A stretch of DNA of 64,000 nt, from positions 1,376,001 to 1,440,000 of the forward strand of contig CAXWPH010000015.1 of NCBI GenBank assembly GCA_963666055.2, read 5' to 3'. Positions 10,325 through 18,826 of the stretch are shown piece after piece (the first letter of the stretch is position 1; each line of letters begins with the position of its first letter). Both the position numbers and the translations under genes were made by a program. The notes beneath the pieces are model-generated. The model was not told the origin of the DNA, did no database searches, and worked only from the letters and a program-made list of their open reading frames with translations. This DNA is from Acidobacteriota bacterium (GTDB lineage Bacteria; Acidobacteriota; UBA890; WLXD01).

Positions 10325-10443
10325 AGTGCCGGGCGACGCTGGATGACAACCGCTGAGATATCGATGGTCATGCCGAGCACAAGCAGCGTGATCGGAAAAT
10401 GGACCAGCAACGGATGAACATTTGGCAAGTAGTCAGGCAGCAT
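10325..10443 (-). pseudogene. N-terminal remnant of a DUF2231-like membrane protein
   Basis: MLPDYLPNVHPLLVHFPITLL motif, truncated after the first helix. Confidence 0.55.
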
Positions 10444-10539
10444 CGCGAACCCGCTCACTCCGATAAGCCGGTCTCGTTGATCGCTTCCACCTCGCGCACC
10501 GTACCGTTGACCACGCTCTCGTGAACGGGCCGATCGCGC

Positions 10540-12267
10540 TCAATAACCGGCCGCGATGCCGTCCTTGCGCGATTCAGTCGCGCCGTAGAAGACGCCGGTG
10601 GTGGGGTCACGGCGAATGCCTTGATAGCCACCGTACCCACCGGCGCGCACATCAACCGCATGTCCCATGGCCTCCAATTCGGCGATCGTCTGTTCGGAAA
10701 AACCGAACTCCAGATTCACCGAACCGCCGTCCGTCATTAACTGCCCGGTCGGCTGCGAAGAGCCCGAATGGCGCAAGCGCGGCGCGTCTCCCGCCTCCTG
10801 CACGTTCATGCCGAAGTCGATCATGTTTACCAGGATCTGCACGTGCCCTTGCGGCTGCATGGCGCCACCCATGACGCCAAAGCTGAAGAAGGGTTCGCCG
10901 TCCTTGGTAACCATGGCCGGAATGATGGTGTGGAAGGGTCGCTTGCCGGGCTCGTAGGTGTTGAGGTGGCCTTCCTCGAGGTTGAAGAGGGCCCCTCTGT
11001 TCTGCAGCTGAAAACCCAGGCCCAAGGGGGTCATTCCGGACCCGAGTCCCGAATAGTTGCTCTGGATCAACGACACCATGTTGCCGTCACCGTCGGCGAC
11101 CGTCAGGTAGATGGTGTCGCCGTCCTCGAGAATCGGGTCGCCAGCCTCGTACGAGGTGGCGCCATTGCTCAGGTCGATGAGCTTGCGCCTCTGCGCCCCG
11201 TACTCCTTTGAGATCAGCCAGTCGACGGGGATGTCGTTGAAGGCCGGATCGGCGTAGAACTTGGCGCGGTCTTCGTAGGCGAGCTTCTTGGCCTCGATCA
11301 GCAGGTGCAGATAGTCGGGGCTACCGAACCCCATCGATGCGATGTCGAAGCCCTCGAGTATGTTGAGCATCTGCAGCGTCGCGATCCCCTGGCCGTTGGG
11401 CGGCAGCTCCCACACCGTGTAGCCCCGATAGGAGGTCGACGTCGGCTCCACCCAGTTGCCCTCGTGCGCCGCCAGGTCGGCATAGGAAAGGAATCCGCCC
11501 ATCTCTTCCATGTACCGGTCGATGGTGCGAGCGATGTCGCCCTTGTAGAAAGCGTCGCGCCCTTCGCGGCCGATGGTCTCGAGCGTGTCGCCCAGGGAGG
11601 GGTTCTTGAAGATCTCCCCGGCATCCGGCGTCTTGCCGTTTGGCATGTAGATTTCCTTGAAGCCGGGATACTGCTCCCGCTGACGAGCGCCACCCCGCCA
11701 GCCGTTGGCGATTACCTCGGTAACGGCGAATCCGTGGCGCGCATAGTCGACCGCCGGTTGCAGCAGTTCGTTGATCGGCATCCGGCCGAAGCGCTCGTGG
11801 ATCTGAAACCAGCCGTCGACGGCGCCCGGGACCGATACGGCCAGGGGCCCGAGGTTCGGGATACGGTCGAGCTGCTGGCGTCGAAACTCCTCCAGTTTCA
11901 GCGACTTGGGTGATCGACCGCTGCCGTTGAAGCCGGCGATGCGCTTGTTCTCGTTGTCCCAGATGATGACGAACAGATCGCCGCCGATGCCGTTGCCGGT
12001 GGGCTCCACGAGACCGAGCACGGCGTTCGCCGCAATCGCTGCGTCGACGGCGTGGCCGCCGCGCTTGAGAATGTCGAGCGCGGTCATGGTGGCGAGGGGT
12101 TGGCTGGTAGCCGCCATCCCCCGCATTCCCATCGCCACGGAGCGCGTAGCGAAGTCTTTGCCAATACCGCGGTTCTGGGCGTAGTTGTCCTGCGCTGAGA
12201 GAAGACTCCCTGCAACAACCGCGAAGAGCGTCGTGGCGATCATGGATTTCCTAGCGGATTGGGTCAT
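10540..12267 (-). CDS. ggt: Gamma-glutamyltransferase, exported
   Basis: GGHAVDAAIA, PPNGQG, catalytic DTIY, SLIQSNY, PGKRPFHTIIP, GVMGG-x-MQPQGH. Confidence 0.93.
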   Translation of the reverse strand: MTQSARKSMIATTLFAVVAGSLLSAQDNYAQNRGIGKDFATRSVAMGMRGMAATSQPLATMTALDILKRGGHAVDAAIAANAVLGLVEPTGNGIGGDLFVIIWDNENKRIAGFNGSGRSPKSLKLEEFRRQQLDRIPNLGPLAVSVPGAVDGWFQIHERFGRMPINELLQPAVDYARHGFAVTEVIANGWRGGARQREQYPGFKEIYMPNGKTPDAGEIFKNPSLGDTLETIGREGRDAFYKGDIARTIDRYMEEMGGFLSYADLAAHEGNWVEPTSTSYRGYTVWELPPNGQGIATLQMLNILEGFDIASMGFGSPDYLHLLIEAKKLAYEDRAKFYADPAFNDIPVDWLISKEYGAQRRKLIDLSNGATSYEAGDPILEDGDTIYLTVADGDGNMVSLIQSNYSGLGSGMTPLGLGFQLQNRGALFNLEEGHLNTYEPGKRPFHTIIPAMVTKDGEPFFSFGVMGGAMQPQGHVQILVNMIDFGMNVQEAGDAPRLRHSGSSQPTGQLMTDGGSVNLEFGFSEQTIAELEAMGHAVDVRAGGYGGYQGIRRDPTTGVFYGATESRKDGIAAGY

Positions 12268-12345
12268 GCTGCCTCATTCAGGTGCGGGGACGGATCGAGA
12301 ACTACGAAACGGTAAGGGTATCAATCGAGTGTACGATTCGGGATC

Positions 12346-13011
12346 GTGAGAGCCGTATCCGGTCCGATCGTCGCGCTCCTTGTACTTGCCGTCGCCAGCA
12401 CGCTGTCGTGCCGCGGGGCCAGCACGGGAACCGGTCCGCCTATCGTGCAGCCCGGCGCGCCCGGCGAGCCGAGTCGCGTGATCAGCGCCGACACTGCAGT
12501 CGATCTGTCGAGGGTCCAGCACACGGCTGCCGACGTGCGGTTCATGCAGGGAATGATTGGCCATCACGCCCAGGCCCTAGAGATGACCGCGCTGGTGCCG
12601 ACGCGGAACAAGCGAGAAGACATGCGGATGTTGGCCCTGCGGATCGAGCTATCTCAGCAAGACGAGATCAAGATGATGGAGCGCTGGCTGGAGGTCCGCG
12701 GCGAGGAGGTCCCGAACGTGCAACACCACCACGAGCCCGGCGCCACGCTGATGCCCGGCATGCTCACGGCTGAGGAAATGAGCCGCCTCAGGGACGCGAC
12801 CAGGACGACGTTCGACCGGCTTTTTCTCGAGTTCATGGTCCAGCATCATGAGGGTGCCTTGATCATGGTCGATGAACTTCTTTCAACCGCCGGTGCCGGC
12901 CAGGAGTCGAACATCTCCGCGTTCGCCGCCGATGTCGTGGCCGACCAGCGCGCCGAAATGGATCGTATGGGCGCCATGCTCAACGCCATGCTCGAGGAGC
13001 AACAACGATGA
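12346..13011 (+). CDS. DUF305 family lipoprotein
   Basis: ADVRFMQGMIGHHAQA...FLEFMVQHHEGALIM twin HH motifs; lipobox TLSC. Confidence 0.88.
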   Translation: MRAVSGPIVALLVLAVASTLSCRGASTGTGPPIVQPGAPGEPSRVISADTAVDLSRVQHTAADVRFMQGMIGHHAQALEMTALVPTRNKREDMRMLALRIELSQQDEIKMMERWLEVRGEEVPNVQHHHEPGATLMPGMLTAEEMSRLRDATRTTFDRLFLEFMVQHHEGALIMVDELLSTAGAGQESNISAFAADVVADQRAEMDRMGAMLNAMLEEQQR

Positions 13012-14960
13012 AGATCATTCCCACAACAGTCCTGTGTCTGTCTGTCGCGATGCCTCTCCTCGGGGCGCCGAGCTTCCAACAGCGACCTGTCGCCGCGGTC
13101 CAGGCCGATCCGCGCGTCGGCCTGGCGCCCGGTTTCCGCGATGCCGGGGTGGCGGCGCGCAACATGGAGCTGGTCATCAACCTGCCGAAGCCGGAAGGCT
13201 TCTACGACCCCGAAGCTCCGGCCGGCCGGCCCAGGCCGCCGCGAGACTCGCCCGCGACACCGGCCGCCGAGCCTGGAGAACAGGCGCAGGCGGCGGCCGC
13301 GCCAGGTGAACCGGCAGCCGCGGCGTCGCCGCGGCCGGGAAGCGGATTGAGCTTTACGAACTCCGACCTCGCTTTCAGTGGCGAGCACCTGTTCATGGGC
13401 AACTACCACGGCTTCAACATTTACAGCATCGAGGACGCCGGCCGGGCCGAGCTCCTCGCTTCCGTGGTGTGTCCTGGCGGCCAGGGGGATTTGTCGGTCC
13501 ACGGCAACCTGCTCTTCATGTCGGTGCAAGATACGCGGGCTCGGCTCGATTGCGGCACCCAGGGCGTCGAGGAGCCAGTCAGCGCCGAGCGCTTCCGGGG
13601 CGTTCGGATCTTCGACATCAGCGATCTGAGGAATCCGCTTCAGGTAGCCGCGGTGCAAACCTGCCGAGGGTCGCACACCCACACGCTGGTGGTGGATCCC
13701 GACGACAACGACAACGTGTACGTGTATGGGTCGGGCACCGGCGCGATCCGGTCGGGCGATGAGCTAGCGGGTTGCTCGGGCGGCGACTCCGAAGACGATC
13801 CCGACAGCGACTCCGAAGACGATCCCGAGGGCGCTCCCGATCCCGACACAGCACTCTTTAGCATCGACGTCATCCAGGTACCTCTCGATGCGCCCGAGGA
13901 GGCGCGCATCGTCAACCGGCCGCGCATCTTTGCCGACCCGGAGACTGGTGCCATCTCGGGGCTCTGGCAGGGCGGCGACCACGGCCGCGGTACGCAGAGC
14001 TCTCGGGAGACCAGGCAGTGCCACGACATCACCGCCTACCCGGAGTTGGGCCTGGCCGCGGGAGCATGTTCGGGCAACGGCATCCTGCTCGACATCTCTG
14101 ACCCGGTGGAACCCGTTCGGCTCGACTATGTGGTCGACGAGAGCTTCGCGTTCTGGCATTCGGCCACGTTCAGCAACGACGGCACCAAGATTATCTTCAC
14201 CGACGAATGGGGCGGAGGGTCTCGCCCGCGCTGCCGGGCGACCGACCCGCCGACCTGGGGGGCGAACGCTATCTTCGACATCGTCGGTGGCAAGATGAGG
14301 TTCAGGGGGTACTACAAGCTACCGGCGCCGCAGACGGAGCAGGAGAATTGCGTCGCCCACAACGGCTCGCTCATCCCGGTGCCAGGCCGCGACATCATGG
14401 TCCAGGGCTGGTACCAGGGCGGTATCTCGGTGTTCGATTTCACCGACTCGGCGAACCCCGTCGAGATCGCGTTCTTCGACCGCGGTCCGGTCGACGCGGC
14501 GGATCTCATCTCGGGCGGTTACTGGTCAGCCTACTGGTACAACGGGTACATCTACGGTGCCGAGATCGCCCGCGGGCTCGACGTGTTCCGGCTCACACCG
14601 AGTGAGCACCTGTCGCAAAACGAGATCGACGCCGCCAGCCTGGCTTTGGCCGAAGAGACCAACGTGCAGCACCAGCAGCGGATCATCTGGCCGCCGAGCT
14701 CGGTGTTGGCGCGCGCCTACCTCGACCAGCTCAACCGAAGCAACGGCATCGAGGCACAACGCGTCGGAGCCGTCAACGAAGCGCTCGGCCGCGCCGACCA
14801 GCTTCGCTCCGCCGCCGGCGACGACGCGGCGGTCGTCGCAGAGCTCGAAGCGCTGGCGGTCGAATTGGAGGGCGACGCCGAAGAGGCCATCTACCACGAT
14901 GTCAGGCACCTGCAGTCGCTGGCTGACACCCTGAGGGGCATTGCGACGATGCTGCGTTGA
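13008..14960 (+). CDS. LVIVD-repeat exported beta-propeller protein
   Basis: NSDLAF, CPGGQGD, QTCRGSHTHT, CHDIT, WHSATF, CVAHNG; ATGA overlap with the DUF305 gene. Confidence 0.85.
   Translation: MKIIPTTVLCLSVAMPLLGAPSFQQRPVAAVQADPRVGLAPGFRDAGVAARNMELVINLPKPEGFYDPEAPAGRPRPPRDSPATPAAEPGEQAQAAAAPGEPAAAASPRPGSGLSFTNSDLAFSGEHLFMGNYHGFNIYSIEDAGRAELLASVVCPGGQGDLSVHGNLLFMSVQDTRARLDCGTQGVEEPVSAERFRGVRIFDISDLRNPLQVAAVQTCRGSHTHTLVVDPDDNDNVYVYGSGTGAIRSGDELAGCSGGDSEDDPDSDSEDDPEGAPDPDTALFSIDVIQVPLDAPEEARIVNRPRIFADPETGAISGLWQGGDHGRGTQSSRETRQCHDITAYPELGLAAGACSGNGILLDISDPVEPVRLDYVVDESFAFWHSATFSNDGTKIIFTDEWGGGSRPRCRATDPPTWGANAIFDIVGGKMRFRGYYKLPAPQTEQENCVAHNGSLIPVPGRDIMVQGWYQGGISVFDFTDSANPVEIAFFDRGPVDAADLISGGYWSAYWYNGYIYGAEIARGLDVFRLTPSEHLSQNEIDAASLALAEETNVQHQQRIIWPPSSVLARAYLDQLNRSNGIEAQRVGAVNEALGRADQLRSAAGDDAAVVAELEALAVELEGDAEEAIYHDVRHLQSLADTLRGIATMLR
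13783..13828 (+). repeat. In-frame 24-bp-period tandem duplication (DSEDDP x2)
   Basis: GCGACTCCGAAGACGATCCCGA occurs twice, 24 bp apart. Confidence 0.8.
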
Positions 14961-15018
14961 AGCTACGAAAATGCTGCGCGCCTGAGAGCCGGCATCAAGT
15001 CCGACAACAAGGAAAACA

Positions 15019-15813
15019 ATGAACCTCGACAAGAAGACCGCCATCGTAACGGGCGCCGCTCGTGGCATCGGCGCGGCCTGCGCGATGGCGTTCGCAGAGC
15101 ATGGCGCGGCCGTCGTGCTCGCTGACGTTGCTGAAGAGGCGTGCCGTGTCACCGCCGAAGAGATCGCCTCGACCGCTGACGCGCAAACCCTGGCGGTCAC
15201 GGCTGACATCAGCGAGCCGCAGCAGTGTCAGCGTCTGTTCGACGCCTGCATCGACCGCTTCGGCCAATGCGACATATTGCTCAACAACGCCGGCATCATC
15301 ATCGCCGGCTCGATCCTCGACGCCTCGATCGAGGATTTCGACCGGGTTCTGGCCGTCAACCTGCGCGGCGCGTTCCTGCTCAGCAGGTTGGTGGCGCGGC
15401 ACATGGTCGATCAGGGTATCGAGGGCGCAATCATCAACATGTCGTCGACCAGCGCGGTGGTAACGATCCCCGATCAGCTCCCCTACGCAGTGTCAAAAGG
15501 CGGCATCTCACAGCTGACGCGTGTCATGGCAATGGGGCTCGCGTCGCATCGGATCCGCGTCAACGCCATCGGCCCGGGCTCCATCGCCACGGACATGCTG
15601 AAGGAAGTGATGACCAACGACGAGGCGCGCCGGGCGATCCTGTCGCGCACGCCGCTGGGTCGCTTCGGCGAGCCCGACGAGGTCGCCAAGGTGGCGGTGT
15701 TCCTGGCCAGCGACTACGCCTCTTACGTCACCGGGCAAACGGTGTATCCCGACGGCGGTCGCCTGCCGCTCAACTACACGGTGCCAGTGAAAGAGGAGAG
15801 CTCCGACCCGTGA
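15019..15813 (+). CDS. SDR family oxidoreductase
   Basis: TGAARGIG, NNAG, YAVSK, IRVNAIGPG. Confidence 0.93.
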   Translation: MNLDKKTAIVTGAARGIGAACAMAFAEHGAAVVLADVAEEACRVTAEEIASTADAQTLAVTADISEPQQCQRLFDACIDRFGQCDILLNNAGIIIAGSILDASIEDFDRVLAVNLRGAFLLSRLVARHMVDQGIEGAIINMSSTSAVVTIPDQLPYAVSKGGISQLTRVMAMGLASHRIRVNAIGPGSIATDMLKEVMTNDEARRAILSRTPLGRFGEPDEVAKVAVFLASDYASYVTGQTVYPDGGRLPLNYTVPVKEESSDP

Positions 15814-15924
15814 AGAGCGGAACGCACCTCGGCCACTACGAGATCCTCGGGCCGCTCGGTGCGGGCAGTATGGGCGAGCGTGTAACGGGCGCGCGATACG
15901 AATCTTGATCGCGACGTTGCCATC
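15810..15924 (+). pseudogene. Ser/Thr kinase N-terminal remnant
   Basis: VKSGTHLGHYEILGPLGAGSMGE/V*RARDTNLDRDVAI, with a 1-nt frameshift and an in-frame stop. Confidence 0.8.
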
Positions 15925-16010
15925 GCTCCCAGAATCCAGGCCGCATAAGGTGCAGCCACACTGGTGCCGATCTCAACCACACGGATGCCGGATAGAGGCT
16001 GATGGGCGGG
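15920..16010 (-). pseudogene. CaiB/BaiF CoA-transferase N-terminal remnant
   Basis: PLSGIRVVEIGTSVAAPYAAWILG. Confidence 0.65.
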
Positions 16011-16167
16011 CTTTGGGTCAAGTGGGCCCACCTACTCCGCATCCGCCCCGCCACATTCCCGCCGATCTACGCTCCAACCAGATACAGTGGGATCGGTATC
16101 TTTTGATAGTGCTCTATCGATGTAGTCTATGCCAAAGATCACTCAGTTACTGGAAGGAGATACAAAC

Positions 16168-17049
16168 ATGAGGGGATTGTTCTTAGTGGCGATGTTGGGT
16201 ATCACAGTAACGGCGCTCGGCGTTAACGTCCAGACACCCCAAGCCCCTCCGGGCATGGTCCTGATTCCCGGCGGCTCGTTCATGATGGGTAACGCCGACG
16301 GCCAGGACATGGAGAAACCGGTTCATGAAGTGGAACTGGATGCGTTCTATATGGATACTCATGAGGTCACTTTAGAACAGTTTGGCAACTTCGTGGATAC
16401 GACAAGCTATGTCACTGATGCCGAGACCAATGATGGGTCCACTATTTGGAACGGAGAAGCCTGGGAGAAGACAGAAGGTATTAGCTGGAGGTTCGACGCC
16501 GCGGGCAATGTGCACAAAGCAGAAGACAAGAATCAACCCGTGACGCACCTGAGTTGGAATGACGCCAATACGTACGCCCAGTGGGCTGGAAAACGTTTGC
16601 CCACTGAGGCTGAATGGGAATACGCCGCCCGAGGCGGGGAAGAAGGGTATGAGTTCGCCTGGGGTAACGAGCCCCTGGGAAAGGAAGTGGTAGCCAATGT
16701 CTCTGATGAAACCTTTGTGAAAGCCGTAGCAATCTGGCCTTATACGAAAGGGTATGATGATGGATACACGTTCGGCGCTCCGGTGGGTTCATTCGCGCCC
16801 AACTCGTTCGGACTGTACGATATGTCCGGCAACGCCTGGGAATGGTGTGCCGACTACTTTGATGCAGAATACTACGGCCGGAGCTCGAAAAGGAATCCTA
16901 GAAACGATGACCCTAATGAACGAAGGGTGATGCGTGGCAACTCCTGGGACGGAAGACCAGGAATGATGCGTGCCTCAAGGCGCACCAGCGACCTCCAATC
17001 GAACAGTTATGCAGATACTGGTTTCCGACACGCGAAGGATATCGAGTAG
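16168..17049 (+). CDS. FGE-sulfatase (SUMF1/EgtB/PvdO) domain exported protein
   Basis: F-x-MG, PVHEV, RLPTEAEWEYAARGG, NSFGLYDMSGNAWEWC, TGFR; lacks the catalytic Cys pair of true FGE; RBS GAAGGAG. Confidence 0.88.
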   Translation: MRGLFLVAMLGITVTALGVNVQTPQAPPGMVLIPGGSFMMGNADGQDMEKPVHEVELDAFYMDTHEVTLEQFGNFVDTTSYVTDAETNDGSTIWNGEAWEKTEGISWRFDAAGNVHKAEDKNQPVTHLSWNDANTYAQWAGKRLPTEAEWEYAARGGEEGYEFAWGNEPLGKEVVANVSDETFVKAVAIWPYTKGYDDGYTFGAPVGSFAPNSFGLYDMSGNAWEWCADYFDAEYYGRSSKRNPRNDDPNERRVMRGNSWDGRPGMMRASRRTSDLQSNSYADTGFRHAKDIE

Positions 17050-17149
17050 GACATAACGTCCCGAGCCTTCCAGTGTAGCCGGATCTCCTCGATCACTCCG
17101 TTGTCGTGTGGCCGAATTACTGAGATAGGGCATGGTAGTCTCCGCCGAG

Positions 17150-17496
17150 TCAGGTCAGATCGGCCCACTGAATTGGGAGGCACCTACGTGGCCCAGGAGC
17201 CTACCTGGGTGGCGACGCTTCCGGTCGGGCATACGGACGGCTATCCACGCAAGGCCGTGGAGGGGGGTCGCGTCTTGATTGGTTCGAGGACCTACCCGGT
17301 GGTCGGAGCGGTGTCGGCGAGTCACACCATCGTGGAGGTGGGCTCGGACCCGACGGTAGCGGTTGGCGACGTGGCCACCCTACTGGGTCCCGATGCCTCG
17401 CAGATCGACCCGAATTGGCTGTCCGCCGAGGCCGGCGTTTCAATCTACGACATCTTCATGCACCTGAATCCGCAATTGCCGCGGGTGGTTGTTTAG
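17150..17496 (+). pseudogene. Alanine racemase C-terminal domain remnant
   Basis: TWVATLPVGHTDGYPR..VLIG..YPVVGAVS..GDVATLLG..LPR; PLP-binding N-terminal barrel is absent. Confidence 0.7.
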
Positions 17497-17539
17497 CAGG
17501 GTGGATCTCTTCGTGAATGGAACCGTCAGCGGCGAGACG

Positions 17540-18826
17540 TTAGCGAGAAAGCTCGGCTACCTCTGTCACAAAGCGCTCCACCTCATCCTCGCTGTTGTAG
17601 TAGTGCACCGAGGCGCGCACCATGGACTGTAAATTGCGGGCTTCCATGTCGATCCGGCTCGAGGAGCGCTCGGTGACGCTGACGTTCACGCCTCGCGCGC
17701 TCAACGCATTCTTCAGGTCGGATGGCTCCCGGCCGACTACAGTGAAGGTGACGATGCCGCACTTTTCACGCCCGATGTCACGAACCTGGACGCCGGGTGT
17801 CTCCGACAGGGCGCCGCGTAGCGTCGTAGCCAAATGAACCACGCGCTTCCGAATGGGCTCGATGCCCCATTCCAGCGCATAGTCGACGGCGGTGCCGAGC
17901 GCGATGTGCCCGGCCACGTAGGACTCCCAGTTCTCGAAGCGCCGCGCGGTGGGATGGATTTCGTACTCGTTTGGCGCCGTCCAGGAAGCGGCCCGCATGT
18001 CGAGGAAGGGCGGGTCCAACTGTTCGATCATCTCCTTCCGGACATAGAGAAAACCGGTGCCGCGCGGCCCTCGCAGGTACTTTCGCCCGGTGACCGAGAG
18101 CATGTCGCAGCCGAGCGCGTCGACATTGAGCGGCCACTGTCCGGCAGACTGACACGCGTCGAGCAGGAAGGGGACGCCGGCCTCTCGCGTGAGCTTGCCG
18201 ACCTCTTCCGCCGGGTTCACCAGACCGCCGTTCGTGGGCACGTGTGTGATGCCCACCATTGCGACCCTCCCACGCCGGAGCTCGGTGCGGAGCGCGTCTA
18301 GCGAGATCTGGCCGTCGTCGTCGCTGCGCACGACCTCGACCACCGCCCCCGTCTCTCTGGCAACGTGCAAGTACGCCAGGTAGTTGCTGACGTACACCGC
18401 TTCACCGGTGAGGATGCGATCGCCCGACTTGAAGGGCATCGCGTAGAAGGCCATGTCCCAGGCACGCGTGGCGTTCTCGACCAGGGCGATCTCCTCCGTT
18501 TCACAACCTAGGAGCGTTGCGATCGCCTCATAGGTTCGCTGACGCTGCTGCGAGGCCGCATCCGCCGCCTCATACCCGCCCATCTCCGCCTCGGCGCGCA
18601 AGTGCCCGTACAGAGCGTCAAGCACCGGCGTCGGGGTGAGTGAGGAGCCGGCGTTGTTGAAATGCAGTACGCGCTCGGCCCCCGGCGTCTCTCGGCGAGC
18701 CCGAATCACGTCGATCTCTGATCGGACGCGGGGCCATCCTCCCGCCGGGGGGGCCGCGCCGGCGGCGCCTTCCGACAAGGAGGCGGCGCGGAAGCGCGCG
18801 GACGCGACCTTCCGGAGTGGAGTCAA
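17540..18826 (-). CDS. Class V aminotransferase (cysteine desulfurase/EgtE-like); true start may be further downstream
   Basis: HFNNAG, DACQSAG, TGRKYLRGPRGTG, RASVHYYN. Confidence 0.88.
   Translation of the reverse strand: MTPLRKVASARFRAASLSEGAAGAAPPAGGWPRVRSEIDVIRARRETPGAERVLHFNNAGSSLTPTPVLDALYGHLRAEAEMGGYEAADAASQQRQRTYEAIATLLGCETEEIALVENATRAWDMAFYAMPFKSGDRILTGEAVYVSNYLAYLHVARETGAVVEVVRSDDDGQISLDALRTELRRGRVAMVGITHVPTNGGLVNPAEEVGKLTREAGVPFLLDACQSAGQWPLNVDALGCDMLSVTGRKYLRGPRGTGFLYVRKEMIEQLDPPFLDMRAASWTAPNEYEIHPTARRFENWESYVAGHIALGTAVDYALEWGIEPIRKRVVHLATTLRGALSETPGVQVRDIGREKCGIVTFTVVGREPSDLKNALSARGVNVSVTERSSSRIDMEARNLQSMVRASVHYYNSEDEVERFVTEVAELSR

Noticed and set aside
17510-17556. Further kinase remnants (MExVSGETLA-like here; KTGTLLAHF-like at ~8370-8405 minus)
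   Set aside because: Too short and need frameshifts to align; could be chance.
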